Source of the DNA: Candidatus Anderseniibacteriota bacterium
GTDB taxonomy: Bacteria > Patescibacteriota > JAUYIX01
DNA length: 64,000 nucleotides
NCBI GenBank assembly: GCA_046350905.1
Contig: JAXLZN010000004.1
Span: 6,026-70,025 of the forward strand
Direction: 5' to 3'
Under the pieces are notes generated by a model. It made no database searches. It was given only the letters and a program-made list of their open reading frames with translations, and was not told where the DNA came from. The position numbers and the translations under genes are program-made. The first letter of the stretch is position 1, and each line of letters opens with the position of its first letter. Of the stretch, positions 49,112-60,027 are shown one piece after another.

Positions 49112-49937
49112 CGAGGGTAGCGAGCTCATCGACACGCACGGCCACCTCGAGGACGAACAGTTCGACGAGGACCGACTGCAGGTGTGGCAGGCGGCGCAGG
49201 CCGCTGGCGTGGTGACGTGCATCTCGCCGGGCAGCAACGTTGAGGACAGCCAGAAAGCGATCACGGTTGCGCACGAGCTCGACAGCGTTTTTGCCGCAGT
49301 CGGCATCCACCCGCACTACCTGCCCAAGAACGGACCGGAGCTCCAGCAGTCGATCGAGACGCTCGATAAGCTCGCAGCAGATGATCGCGTGGTTGCGATC
49401 GGGGAGTTTGGCCTCGACGTCAAGCACGGTCGCGAAGAACTCGACGCCCAGCTCCGCGCGGTGTCGCTCCAGCTCGAGCTGGCTGCTAAGCACGACCTGC
49501 CGATCATCCTGCACTGCCGCAGTGCGTACGCGGAGCTGGCCAAGGTGGTTAGCGAGGAGGGCAAGGGCCTACGGGGCGTGGTGCACTGCTTTGCGGGCAC
49601 CCCCGACGACCTCAAGCTCATGCTCGACCTCGGCCTGCACGTGGCCTACGGCGGGATGGTCACCTTTGAGAAGGGGATGGAAGCGCTGCGTGAGGCGGTC
49701 AAGCAGACCCCGCTCGAACGCATGCTGCTCGAGACCGATGCGCCCTACCTGACCCCCGTGCCGCGCCGCGGCCAGCGCAACACGCCCGCGGAGGTCGTGA
49801 CCGTGGCTCAGTTTATTGCCGAGCTCCAGGGGATCTCGTACGCTGAGCTGGCCGCGGCGACCACCCGCAACGCGCGGCAACTTTTCTCACTACCTGATGC
49901 CACCGAAGCCAAAAAAACGAACCGCACCACCGACTGA
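49104..49937 (+). CDS. tatD: TatD-family metal-dependent hydrolase (DNase)
   Basis: '[13 protein letters not shown]', 'AIGEFGLD', '[10 protein letters not shown]', 'GVVHCFAG' and '[11 protein letters not shown]' are the TatD metal-binding motifs. ATG 49104 is in frame within track ORF 48990..49937. Confidence 0.85.
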   Translation: MPSEGSELIDTHGHLEDEQFDEDRLQVWQAAQAAGVVTCISPGSNVEDSQKAITVAHELDSVFAAVGIHPHYLPKNGPELQQSIETLDKLAADDRVVAIGEFGLDVKHGREELDAQLRAVSLQLELAAKHDLPIILHCRSAYAELAKVVSEEGKGLRGVVHCFAGTPDDLKLMLDLGLHVAYGGMVTFEKGMEALREAVKQTPLERMLLETDAPYLTPVPRRGQRNTPAEVVTVAQFIAELQGISYAELAAATTRNARQLFSLPDATEAKKTNRTTD

Positions 49938-52418
49938 GTCGACCTCAGCCAAACCTGAGCGCTACGCCCCCCGCTCCATCGAACCAAGGTGGCAGAAAGT
50001 CTGGGCGGAGGCTGAGGCGTTCGCTACGCCAGCGCCGAGCAAGGGCGCCCGTAAGATGTACGTGCTGGACATGTTCCCGTACCCGTCGGGCGAGGGGCTG
50101 CACATCGGGCACGTCGAGAGCTACACGGCCAGCGACATCGTGGCGCGCTACCACCGGCGGCTGGGGAAGAGCGTGCTGCACCCGATGGGCTGGGACGCGT
50201 TTGGCCTGCCAGCCGAGAACTACGCCATCAAGACCGGCGTCCACCCGGCCAAGACCACCGCAAAAAACATCAGCAACTTTCGCCGGCAGCTGCAGCTGAT
50301 GGGGTTCTCGTACGACTGGTCGCGCGAGGTCAACACGACCGATCCCGGCTACTACACGTGGACGCAGTGGATTTTTCTACAGCTCTTCAAGGCTGGGCTG
50401 GCCTACGAAGCTGAGGTCGCGATTAACTGGTGCCCGTCCTGCAAGACCGGCCTAGCCAACGAGGAGGTCGTCGCCGGCGAGTGCGACCGCTGCGGCACGC
50501 AGGTCGGCAAAAAAACGCTGCGCCAGTGGCTGCTGCGCATCACTAAGTACGCCGAACCGCTGCTCCACGAGCTGGACGAACTCGACTGGCCCGAGCGCAT
50601 TAAGACCATGCAGCGCAACTGGATCGGTCGGAGCGAGGGGTCTGAGGTTTCGTTCGCCGTGGCGGTTGCTGGTGTTGCGGAACGTTCCATCACCGTCTTT
50701 ACGACGCGCGCGGACACGCTCTTTGGCTGCACCTACCTGGTGCTAGCCCCCGAGCACCCGCTCGCCGCCCAGCTCGCCACGACGACGCAGCGCGCCGAGG
50801 TGCAGCGCTACATCGACGCGGCCACCGCCAAGTCCGACGTGGAGCGAACCGCGGCCAAGCAAAAGGCCGGCGTCTTTACCGGCAGCTACGCGATCAACCC
50901 GGCCAACGGGCAGAACGTGCCGATCTGGGTGGCTGACTACGTGCTGGCCAGCTACGGTACCGGCGCGATCATGGCGGTACCGGCGCACGACGAGCGCGAC
51001 AACGCCTTTGCGCAAGCCCACGATCTGCCGATCAAGGTGGTAGTCGAGCCCGACGCAGCCGGTACCCCCGAGCCGCGCGCGCTCGACGCGATGTCGGCCA
51101 GCGGCGTCTTTACCGGCGAGGGCCGCCTGGTCAACTCAGGCGAGTACGACGGGCTGGATTCGTCGAGCGCGCGCGCCAAGATCACGGCTGCGCTCTCCAA
51201 GCGCACGCTCGGGCGCGCAGCGGTGCACTACAAGCTGCGCGACTGGGTGTTCTCACGCCAGCGCTACTGGGGCGAACCGATTCCGATCGGGCACTGCCCC
51301 GAGCACGGCGCGGTGCCGGTGCCAGAAGACCAGCTGCCGGTCAGGCTGCCCGAGGTAGAAAAGTTCGAGCCGACGGGGACAGGCGAGTCGCCGCTGGCCG
51401 GCATCGAAGAGTGGGTCAGCACGACCTGCCCGCGCTGCAAGCAGCCGGCCCGTCGCGAAACCAACACCATGCCGCAGTGGGCGGGTTCGAGCTGGTACTT
51501 TTGCGGTTCGCTGATCCCCGCAACGACGCGGCCGCCTGGTCACCCGAGGCGATCAAGACCTGGCTGCCCGTCGACTTCTACATCGGGGGCGCTGAGCACG
51601 CCGTGCTGCACCTGCTCTACGCGCGCTTCTGGGTCAAGGCGCTCAACGACGCCAAGCTCTTGCCGTTCCGCGAGCCGTTCATGACGCTGCGCAACCAGGG
51701 CATCATCCTGGCCGAGGACGGGACCAAGATGTCCAAGTCCAAGGGCAACGTGGTCAACCCCGACGACGTGGTCAAGGTGCACGGCGCCGATGCGCTGCGG
51801 CTGTTCGAGATGTTCCTCGGGCCGCTCGAGCAAGAAAAAAACTGGTCGACGCGCGGCATCGCTGGCCTCGATCGGTTCCTCGACCGCGTCTGGCGCCTCC
51901 AGTTTGTTGAGCGAACCACCACCGCTCCCACCGGCACCCTGCGCACCGCGGTCGAAAAAACGACGCAGCAGGTCACGGCCGATGTCGAGCACCTGCGCTT
52001 TAACACCGCCATCAGCGCCCTGATGCAGCTGACCAACGCGCTGTACGAGCAGGTCGGCGCCTCGGGCTCGGGCGGCAAGGCCATCCCGACCGCGGCCTAC
52101 GAACGGCTGATCTTGCTGCTCGCCCCGCTCGCACCCCACATTACCGAAGAGCTCTGGTCGCGGCTGGGCCACAAAACCTCGATCCACGCGGAGCCTTGGC
52201 CGGCGTTCGACCAGAAAGCGCTGGCGACCGACACCGCTAACGTGGTCATCCAGGTCAACGGCAAGTACCGCGGTCGCGTGAGCGTGCCGCTCGGTGCACC
52301 AGAAGGTGCCGTGGCCACCGCAGCGCTCAAGCTCGAAGCCGTCACCCGCGCGCTCAGCGGCAAGCAGCCGAGCCGCCGCGTCTTTGTCCAGGACAAGGTG
52401 CTCAACCTCGTCGCGTAG
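49897..52418 (+). CDS. leuS: Leucine--tRNA ligase, with one frameshift near 51480-51540
   Basis: '[20 protein letters not shown]', '[18 protein letters not shown]' (HIGH), the editing domain, then in the next frame '[17 protein letters not shown]', '[12 protein letters not shown]' and the C-terminal domain. The 5' end overlaps the tatD 3' end by 41 nt. Confidence 0.9.
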
Positions 52419-52443
52419 CCGCGCGGTCTGCTAACCTAGCCGC

Positions 52444-53601
52444 ATGCCAGGCAGAAAGGGGATCCGCAGCTACCTGATTTCGCCGACGCGCGAGATTAAG
52501 GAATTCTTAGGCACGGTCGCGCTCCAGCAGCTCGGCGTCGGGCTCGTCAACATCTTTGAGCCGATCTACCTGTACGGGCTGGGCATTCCGCCCATCGGCA
52601 TCGTCTGGTACTACGTCGCGGCCTACCTTCCGTACCTCTTCATCATGCCGCTCGGCGGGCGGTTCGCTAAGCGCTTTGGGTACGAACACGCCCTCGCCGT
52701 CGGCACCTTTTTCAACGTGGCGTACTTTTGTGCGCTCGCCGCGATTCCGCACGTGCACGAAGCACTCTTTGTCGCGCCCCTGCTGCTCGGCTTGCAAAAA
52801 ACTTTTTGGTGGCCGGCCTACCACGCGGACTTTGCGCGCTTCAGCCGCGGCCGCGAGGTCGGCCGCGAGGTGGGCTTTGTGCAGACGCTCTACAGCTTGG
52901 CGGGCGGCGTCGGCCCGGTCATCGGCGGCTTCGTGGCGCAGTACCTCGGCTTCAGCGCGTTGCTGGTCGTCGCCGTCATCGTCTTGGTTCTCTCGGTCAT
53001 CCCGCTCTTCACCACCCGTGAGGAGTTCATCCCGACCGAGCTGACCTGGCGCGAGCAGTGGGCCTTCCTGCTCCGGCCGGCCTACCGGCGCCGGCTGCTC
53101 GGTTCGCTCGGGTTTGGGGCTGAGTTTGTCAACCTCGTGACCTGGCCGCTCTTTATCTTTGTTGCGCTCGGCACCACCTCGCGCCTCGGCATCGTGGCCG
53201 GCATCTCCACCGTCGTGACGATCGTGGTGATGGAGCTGGTCAGCCGCTACGCGGATCGCTCGGTACGAGCATCCAAGCGCGCCTTCCTCTGGACGAACAT
53301 CGTGCACGCCGCCTCGTGGTTGGCGCGACCGTTCGTGCGCACCTTTGCACCGGTCGCAGCCGCAGATTCTGTCGGCTACGCCGCCCGCAACCTGACCTAC
53401 GTGCCGTACTACAAGGCGGTCTACCGCGACGCCAAAGCTAACCACGTCATGATCGAGGTGGTTGCGTCGGAGATGGCGCTCGTGATCGGCAAGCTGCTCA
53501 CCATGGGCGCGGTCCTCGTGGTCCTCTACGCAGGCGGCGGGCTGCCGGGGACGTTCTTTGTCGGCTTTGCGGCGAGCCTGTTCTTCTTCCTCTTTAAGTA
53601 G
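52444..53601 (+). CDS. MFS transporter
   Basis: 12 TM helices and an MFS-like loop 'GGRFAKRFGYEH'. Confidence 0.8.
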   Translation: MPGRKGIRSYLISPTREIKEFLGTVALQQLGVGLVNIFEPIYLYGLGIPPIGIVWYYVAAYLPYLFIMPLGGRFAKRFGYEHALAVGTFFNVAYFCALAAIPHVHEALFVAPLLLGLQKTFWWPAYHADFARFSRGREVGREVGFVQTLYSLAGGVGPVIGGFVAQYLGFSALLVVAVIVLVLSVIPLFTTREEFIPTELTWREQWAFLLRPAYRRRLLGSLGFGAEFVNLVTWPLFIFVALGTTSRLGIVAGISTVVTIVVMELVSRYADRSVRASKRAFLWTNIVHAASWLARPFVRTFAPVAAADSVGYAARNLTYVPYYKAVYRDAKANHVMIEVVASEMALVIGKLLTMGAVLVVLYAGGGLPGTFFVGFAASLFFFLFK

Positions 53602-53633
53602 CGAACCGCTCGCCGGCGAGGTAGCCTGGCCGC

Positions 53634-54881
53634 ATGTCCGCGCGAACCCTCGCCACCACCGATCCCGAGCTCGCTAAGCTCATTCAACGTGAGACGGAGC
53701 GGCAGCGTTCGACCCTGACGCTGATTGCGAGTGAAAACTACCCGAGCCGCGCGGTGCTCGAGGCGGTCGGATCTATTTTGACGGCCAAGTACGCGGAGGG
53801 GTACCCAGGCGCGCGCTACTACGGCGGCAACGAGATCATCGACGAGATTGAGGAGCTGGCTCGGCGTCGCGCAGTCGAAGTCTTTGGCGGCCAGCACGTC
53901 AACGTGCAGTCCTACTCGGGTTCGCCCGCCAACTTGGCGGTGTACCTCGGGCTGCTCAACGTCGGCGACACGATCCTCGGGATGTCGCTCACGCACGGCG
54001 GCCACCTCACGCACGGCCACAAGGTTTCGGCTTCGGGCAAGCTGTTCAACGCAGTGCACTACGGGGTGGGAGAGGACGGGCTGATCGACTACGACGAGGT
54101 GCGACGGGTTGCGCGCGAGGCCAAGCCCAAGCTGATCGTGTCAGGTGCCACGGCCTACCCGCGGGTCGTCGACCACGCGCGTTTTCAAGAAATTGCGCAG
54201 GAAGTGGGTGCGCTGCACCTGGCGGATGTTTCGCACGTTGCGGGTTTGATCGCTGGCGACGTATACCCAAACCCAACCGATGTCGTGGATGTGCTCACGA
54301 CCACCACACACAAAACCCTGCGTGGCCCCCGCGCGGCCATGATCTTTTGCAAAGCTGACTACGCCAAGAAAATCGACAAGGCGGTTTTCCCGGGGCTGCA
54401 AGGTGGCCCGCACCTCAACGCGATTGCCGGTGTGGCCGTGGCGCTCAAGGAGGCGACCTCGGCCGACTTTACGACCTACGCAAAGCGCGTCGTCGACAAC
54501 GCTAAGGCACTCGCGAGTGAACTCATCGGTACGCACGGCTTTAACCTGCTCACCGGCGGTACCGACAGCCACCTCGTGTTGATCGACCTGCGCAGCAAAG
54601 ACATCACCGGTGCGCTGGCTGAGCAGGCGCTCGGCAAGGCTGGCATCACGGTCAATAAGAACACGATTCCCAACGAGACGCGTTCGCCGTTCGATCCCTC
54701 GGGCGTGCGGCTCGGGACGCCCGCAGTTACCACCCGCGGCGCCGAACCCAAGCACATGGCGGACCTCGCGACGTGGATTGCCGACGCCGTGGCTAGCTAC
54801 AAAGACAACAAAATGCTCGCCAAGATTCGGCGCGAGGTTGAGGCGTTTGCCTCCGACCTGCCGCTACCGGGTGTGGACTAG
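53634..54881 (+). CDS. glyA: Serine hydroxymethyltransferase
   Basis: 'LIASENYPSRAVLEAVGSILTAKYAEGYPGARYYGG' and the PLP-lysine region 'TTTHKTLRGPR'. Intact 415 aa. Confidence 0.95.
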   Translation: MSARTLATTDPELAKLIQRETERQRSTLTLIASENYPSRAVLEAVGSILTAKYAEGYPGARYYGGNEIIDEIEELARRRAVEVFGGQHVNVQSYSGSPANLAVYLGLLNVGDTILGMSLTHGGHLTHGHKVSASGKLFNAVHYGVGEDGLIDYDEVRRVAREAKPKLIVSGATAYPRVVDHARFQEIAQEVGALHLADVSHVAGLIAGDVYPNPTDVVDVLTTTTHKTLRGPRAAMIFCKADYAKKIDKAVFPGLQGGPHLNAIAGVAVALKEATSADFTTYAKRVVDNAKALASELIGTHGFNLLTGGTDSHLVLIDLRSKDITGALAEQALGKAGITVNKNTIPNETRSPFDPSGVRLGTPAVTTRGAEPKHMADLATWIADAVASYKDNKMLAKIRREVEAFASDLPLPGVD

Positions 54882-55443
54882 CGTGGCAGCTTCAGCAGCC
54901 CACGCTGGTACGCGAGCTTGAGGATCACGTAGGCCGCGAGGTCGTTCTTGATTGTGCCGTCGAGCGCCATGCGGATGGCGCGCGTGAGCGGCACACGATT
55001 GGTGCGAATATCTTCGTCAGCATCGCGCAAGAGCGGGGCAGGTTGGAGTCCAGACGCCAAGAAAATGTGCGTCGGCCAGTTGAGCGACTGGCTGTGCCGT
55101 CCGTCCTTGACGTAGAAGAGCTTGAGCTTCTGAGCTCGAACACCGGCCTCCTCACGCAGTTCGCGCTGCGCCGCGTGGCGCGGTGATTCCCCGGGTTCGA
55201 CCCGGCCGGCGGGGAGGCGCCAGTCGTAGGCGCGCTGCCGGCTGCGGTACTCGTGGTTGATGAGCAGTCTGCCGCGATCATCAAGGGCTAGCACGACGAC
55301 GCTCGGGACGTGCTCAGCCAACTCGTACGTCAGCGGCTTGCCGCGCGACGGCAGGACCCGCGCTTGCTTGATCGTGTAGAGCTTGCCGCGGAAAACCGTG
55401 CGGTACGGGCCAACCTTGGCACGCCGTGCTGGACGCTTGGGCA
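54878..55443 (-). CDS. NUDIX hydrolase (ADP-ribose pyrophosphatase-like)
   Basis: Nudix box 'GRVEPGESPRHAAQRELREEAGV'. The real start 'MPKRPARRAKVGP' is the complement of about 55441-55443. The upstream 108 codons of the track ORF are an Arg-rich artefact. Confidence 0.7.
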
Positions 55444-55524
55444 TCACCGCGAGCCTAGCGCAGCAGCGAACGCAAAACAAAGAGGGGAGAGCGGGCCCGA
55501 TGCCTGCTCTCCCCACGAAACCTC

Positions 55525-56226
55525 TCACTTCTTGCTCTGCTCCTCGAGCCACTGCAGGTACTCGGCGGTCGTCCGTGGCCGTCCGGTCTCGAGGAACTCG
55601 AGGTAGCGCTTGCCATGCCCGAGGTGCGTGCTGATCGGCACGTCCTTGCGGCAGAGCTCGCACTCCTCGGCGGGCTGCTTGTCCATCTTGACCGTGATGA
55701 GCGAACAGAGCACGCCGACCTCGCCGATCCGGCCGTGCTGTCGCCGCGGTTGGCCTCGGCGCCAGCATGGCTCGACGATCGCGCCGGCGGTGCGTGCGTC
55801 GCGCACTGCGGCTTTGATCGTGTCACCAGAGTTGACGATGTCCTCAACGACGAGCGCGCGCTTGCCGGCGACGTAGCTGGCGAGCGACGCCTTGACCTGG
55901 AACTTCACCGGCTTCTCCTGGATCTTGATCATGTACGCCGCGTGCACCGTACGCCCCTCCGTGCGTCCGAGGTGCAGCGCCACGGCGTAGCACAGTGCGA
56001 TGGCGCCGTACGCCGGCCCGATGACGACCTCGATGCCGCAGTTGACGAACCGCTCGGCCAAGCCCCGCGCGAGCTCGTCGAGCGCCTCGGGGGTGGCAAA
56101 GGCGTCGTCCTTGTTGAGGTACCCGGGCCCGTGGTCTCCCGCCTGGTACACGAAGTGTCCTTCGTGCGCCGCGTTGATCTCCACCAGCAGCTCCCGAGCC
56201 CGTTGCTCCGTGATCTTGTAGTTCAT
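55525..56226 (-). CDS. pyrE: Orotate phosphoribosyltransferase-family PRTase with a C-terminal extension of about 55 aa containing C-x2-C...H-x3-H. Possibly frameshifted near the extension.
   Basis: It aligns to PyrE. 'GPAYGAIAL' corresponds to 'GPAYKGIPI'. The PRPP-binding loop 'ALVVEDIVNSGDTI' is present. It sits next to pyrF. The extension reads 'VGVLCSLITVKMDKQPAEECELCRKDVPISTHLGHGKRYLEFLETG...'. Confidence 0.7.
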   Translation of the reverse strand: MNYKITEQRARELLVEINAAHEGHFVYQAGDHGPGYLNKDDAFATPEALDELARGLAERFVNCGIEVVIGPAYGAIALCYAVALHLGRTEGRTVHAAYMIKIQEKPVKFQVKASLASYVAGKRALVVEDIVNSGDTIKAAVRDARTAGAIVEPCWRRGQPRRQHGRIGEVGVLCSLITVKMDKQPAEECELCRKDVPISTHLGHGKRYLEFLETGRPRTTAEYLQWLEEQSKK

Positions 56227-56996
56227 GCGCTCTCCTTGTGGCTCTCCCTGTGCGTGGTTCCAACTTCGAGCTCCGCGAGTGCCAGCGTGATGTCGGCGCA
56301 GATGAGCGCGACTGCCGCACTGGGAGACCCGACCTCCGCGGGCGGTTTGAGGATCGGCCGCCCGATCACGAGGTACGTCGCCCCGGCTCGGATCGCGTCG
56401 CCGGGGGTCATGGTCCGCTTCTGGTCGTCGGGGGGATCGTGCGGAGAACGGATGCCCGGCGTGGCCGTCTCCATGCCCTCGAACCCGCCGTGCTCCTTGA
56501 GGTACCCGAGGTCCCTGGCCGAACAGACCAGTCCGTCGCACCCTGCGTTCTTGGCCATGGTGGCGAACCGGATGACGCCCTCCCGCACCGTGCACCCGTA
56601 CGCCTCGAGGCACTGCGCCTCGTCCATGGTGGTGAGCACCGTGACGGCCAGGATCTTGGTCTCGCACTTGGCCTCGTCACGCGCCTTGACCACGGCCTCC
56701 ATCGACTTGGTCCCGGTGGGCGCAAAGACGTTGACGAACGTCGCGCCCTGCCTCGCGAGCGATGCCATGGCCTTGGCGAGCGTGGTCGGAATGTCCGCCA
56801 GCTTGCCGTCCACGAACGACTTGCCGCGTGCCTGTCGCACACGCCCGGTTGCGGTCGGCGTCCCGATGCTGTGAATCAGCTCGAGGCCGACCTTGAAGTT
56901 CAGCTCGTAGTCGCTCAGGGAGTCGACGGCCTGTCCGACCGCCTCCTCGCTGTCGACGTCGAGCGCCACGAAGATTCTGTCGCTTGCTCTCGACAC
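56223..56996 (-). CDS. pyrF: Orotidine-5'-phosphate decarboxylase
   Basis: 'RIFVALDVDS...NFKVGLEL...DGKLADIPTT...VLTTMD...LVIGRPI'. Confidence 0.85.
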   Translation of the reverse strand: MSRASDRIFVALDVDSEEAVGQAVDSLSDYELNFKVGLELIHSIGTPTATGRVRQARGKSFVDGKLADIPTTLAKAMASLARQGATFVNVFAPTGTKSMEAVVKARDEAKCETKILAVTVLTTMDEAQCLEAYGCTVREGVIRFATMAKNAGCDGLVCSARDLGYLKEHGGFEGMETATPGIRSPHDPPDDQKRTMTPGDAIRAGATYLVIGRPILKPPAEVGSPSAAVALICADITLALAELEVGTTHRESHKESA

Positions 56997-57086
56997 GCTG
57001 CACGCTCCTTATCTGGTTGTCAGAGAAAGTCGAACCGTACTGGCTCGACCGTGCCGCGTAAGCTACTCGATTGCACCGACGGGCGC

Positions 57087-57126
57087 AAACAAAAAACGTG
57101 GAGAGGCAGCTGAGGCACCTCTCCAC
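57087..57126 (-). terminator. Rho-independent terminator of pyrD: a 9-bp stem (GTGGAGAGG...CCTCTCCAC) followed on the minus strand by GTTTTTTGTTTG
   Basis: Hairpin followed by a U-tract, read on the complement, 20 nt after the pyrD TAG (complement of 57147-57149). Confidence 0.65.
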
Positions 57127-57146
57127 GTCACTGACGGTCGAAAACG

Positions 57147-58288
57147 CTACGCGATGTGGAACAGACCTTGCTCGAGCGACTCCTCGATCTTGGCCAGTGC
57201 CGACTTCTTCCGGAATCGATCAAGGAAACCGCTCTCGTCGCGGCCGTGCACAACCCACGACGAATGTGGTGCGGCAGGAGCGGGTTCTCACGAACGAGCG
57301 AGGTGAGGACCTCCACGAGGCTGCACCCGCCGCGCACCATCGTGTAGGCCTCTGCAGCAGAGCTGATCCCACCGCAGCCGATAACCACGAGCCGTCCACC
57401 CGTTTCTGCGTTGACGTGGCGAACCATTCGGAACGCTTCGTGCAGCAGCGGCTTGCCCGACAGCCCGCCTACCGTCGGCGGGCTCAACGTGCGCAAGCCC
57501 TCGCGCCTGATCGTCGTGTTGGTGACGACCAGTCCGGTGACACGGAACTCCAGCGCGACTTCGATGATGTCGTCGAGTTCGCTCAAGGTTAAGTCGGGCG
57601 AGATCTTGACGAAGCAGGGTTTCTCGGGCGTGAGCGTAAGACGTGCGATCTCTGCGATCCGTCCGCGGATAGTCGCCACCACGTGGGTGAGCAGCTCACG
57701 TCCCTGCAGCCGCCGTAGCCCCGGCGTGTTGGGGCTCGACGGGTTGATCACGAATCCGTCGACCAGCGCGTGCAGCCGATTGAAGACTCGCAGGATGTCG
57801 TCGGTTGCGTCCTCCACCTTGGTGCTGAGGTTCTTGCTCATGTTGAGCAAGACGGGGATCGGGTGCGTGCGATGGTACGCCAGCAGCCGTGGGTAGAGCG
57901 CCTCCATGCCGTCGCTGTCGAACCCCATCCAGTTGATCAGGGCTCGGTCGAGCGGGAGTTCGACCAGGCGCGGTCGGGGGTTACCAGGCTGCGGCAGCGG
58001 CAGCACGCTTCCGATCTCCAAAAACCCAAAGCCGCAGAGTGCCCCGAGCGAACGCATCCCGAGGCCGTTCTTGTTGAGGCCGGCACCAGGACCAACCGGG
58101 TTGGGAAAGTACACGCCGCCGATAGTCTGACCCAGGGAGCGACAGCGTGTGGTTTCGATCAGACGCAGCATGCCCGGGTAGCGCTCGAGCCGATCGAGCA
58201 CCGCAAAGGCACGGTCGTGAGCAGTTTCGAGGTCGTTGCCAGCGCGGTTGAGCCACCACGGCCGGGCAACCTTGGTGTAGAGCAGCAT
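57147..58288 (-). CDS. pyrD: Dihydroorotate dehydrogenase (quinone), class 2, with one frameshift near 57290
   Basis: 'GLGMRSLGALCGFGFLEIGSV', 'NPSSPNTPGLRRLQ', 'GGLSGKPL', 'VIGCGGISS'. The true C-terminus 'GFLDRFRKKSALAKIEESLEQGLFHIA*' lies in the neighbouring frame. Confidence 0.9.
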
Positions 58289-58388
58289 TGCAGCCCTCCT
58301 GTGAAGTAACTACCAGAGCGACTGTCCACTCAGGCGTGGCCGCATGCTGCGCTAGGCGCGTCAGTTTGTGAAGCGCTAGCATGTTGGC

Positions 58389-59273
58389 ATGCCCGCTACG
58401 TTCACGGTGCGACCCAAGGGTCAGTTCGACCTCAAAAACCAGAACCAGTACTTCGGCAGCTGGCCGACGGTAGGCGAGTCTATCGTCATGGCCTTTCCGG
58501 TCGAGGGCTGGCGCGGTTCAGCCGCGGTCCAGCTCAGCCAGCGCGGGCAAACCATTCACGGCCGGATCGTAGGTCCGGCTGCGCTACACGCTAAGGCTAA
58601 GGAGCAAGCCCTCGCTGCGCTCTCGCTCGACGTCGACGGGGCTGGCTGGGCGGCCGTCGGCAAGCACGACCCGTTCATCGGCCAGCTCCAGCAGCGCTAC
58701 AGGTACCTACGTCCGGTGCTGTTCCACTCGCCCTACGAAGCCGCCGCGCACTTTGTCATCGCCCACCGCATCCGTATGCTGCAGGCCCGCACCATCCGCG
58801 CGCGCATGGCCGAGCAGCTCGGCGCGTCCATCAAGGTCGACGGCGCGACGGTGCACGCCTTTCCGCTCCCGCAGGAGCTCCTCAAGCTCACGTCGTTTGC
58901 TGGTCTCAACGCCCTCAAGGTCGAACGCCTCCACGCCGTGGCGCACGCCGCGCTCGATGGACGACTCGATCGGGAGCGGCTGCGTTCGATGCCGATTGAA
59001 AAGGCGCTGGTCGAGCTGCAAGAAATTCCGGGCATCGGTCCATTCTTTGCGTCGGCCATTGTCTTCCGAGGCGCCGGTGTAGTTGACCAGGTCACCGAAG
59101 ATCACATCACGCCGTTTGCGGTTAAGACTGCCTACAAGCTCAAGCACCTGCCCACACCCGCAGAGGTTCTCAAGATCGCCGAACGCTGGAAGCCCTACCG
59201 CATGTGGGCCCTGGTGCAGCTGCACGTCTGGGTACGGCGCGAGGTGGGGCTGCCCAAGCAGCCCAAGCGCTAA
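58389..59273 (+). CDS. HhH-GPD superfamily DNA glycosylase (AlkA-like 3-methyladenine glycosylase II)
   Basis: An AlkA-like N-terminal domain, and a helix-hairpin-helix 'LQEIPGIGPFFASAIVFRGAGVVDQVTEDHITPFAVKTAY' with the catalytic Asp. Confidence 0.55.
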   Translation: MPATFTVRPKGQFDLKNQNQYFGSWPTVGESIVMAFPVEGWRGSAAVQLSQRGQTIHGRIVGPAALHAKAKEQALAALSLDVDGAGWAAVGKHDPFIGQLQQRYRYLRPVLFHSPYEAAAHFVIAHRIRMLQARTIRARMAEQLGASIKVDGATVHAFPLPQELLKLTSFAGLNALKVERLHAVAHAALDGRLDRERLRSMPIEKALVELQEIPGIGPFFASAIVFRGAGVVDQVTEDHITPFAVKTAYKLKHLPTPAEVLKIAERWKPYRMWALVQLHVWVRREVGLPKQPKR

Positions 59274-59848
59274 GCGCCTGCGAGCTTCAGGACGCCCGTC
59301 AGAGCTGACGGCAGCTGCGTCACTCCGTCGCTCTCGCAGAAGTGACCCTTGCCGTGCTCGATCACAATCTCCGCGCCGAGCTCGTCGCGGAAGCTACCAA
59401 TGTTTTCTGGCGGTACGTCAGGATCGTCGTCAGAAAAGATGGCGACGCTGTTCTTGATGTGCGACTCGACCGCAGCAAGGTCGAGCGGAGCCGTCAGCCA
59501 CAGCCGAGCGGTCTCTTGGTCTTCCGGTGCTTCTTGCGTGTGCAAGCTCTTAAAAAACCCGGCAACAAAGACCACGCCACCAACGGTTACACCTGGCTTG
59601 AGCGTGGCGAGGTAGCGCGCGATCGCTTGGTTACCCAAGCTGTGGCCGACGAGGAACGTGTCTTGGTCCGGTGTCCCAACCGTCTGGGCAACCTTTGCGA
59701 CCCACGGTTCGATTCGCGGTGTGTCAGCGTCTGGTAGCTGCGGCACCTGCACAGAGAAGCCCTTGGCTTCGAGCTGCTGCTTGAGCCACGGCAGCCAGTG
59801 CTCGTCTGGCTTCCCGCTCCACCCGTGCACAATGATGACGCGCTTCAT
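59270..59848 (-). CDS. Alpha/beta hydrolase (YdeN/RBBP9-like serine hydrolase family)
   Basis: 'VIIVHGWSGKPDEHWLPWL' and the nucleophile elbow 'LVGHSLGN'. Confidence 0.6.
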   Translation of the reverse strand: MKRVIIVHGWSGKPDEHWLPWLKQQLEAKGFSVQVPQLPDADTPRIEPWVAKVAQTVGTPDQDTFLVGHSLGNQAIARYLATLKPGVTVGGVVFVAGFFKSLHTQEAPEDQETARLWLTAPLDLAAVESHIKNSVAIFSDDDPDVPPENIGSFRDELGAEIVIEHGKGHFCESDGVTQLPSALTGVLKLAGA

Positions 59849-59864
59849 GCACCGATGCTACCAC

Positions 59865-59951
59865 TGGTGCCGGGGGAGGGGGTCGAACCCTCATGACCTT
59901 GCGATCGCGGGATTTTGAGTCCCGTGCGTCTGCCAGTTCCGCCACCCCGGC
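59865..59951 (-). tRNA. tRNA-Leu (anticodon CAA), class II with a long variable arm, CCA encoded
   Basis: Minus-strand read: GCCGGGG-TG-GCGGAACTGGCAGACGCAC-GGGA-CTCAAAA-TCCCG-CGATCGCAAGGTCAT-GAGGG-TTCGACC-CCCTC-CCCCGGC-A-CCA. The acceptor is 7/7 paired, the anticodon loop is CU-CAA-AA and the T-loop is TTCGACC. The D-arm resembles E. coli tRNA-Leu (GCGG-AATTGGTAGAC-GCGC). Confidence 0.85.
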
Positions 59952-60027
59952 GTAGATTTGACGAACCTGCACGGATTCTGCGTGCTGCGGTTCGCGCCGT
60001 CAAACCGATACGCGCTACAATCCGCCC

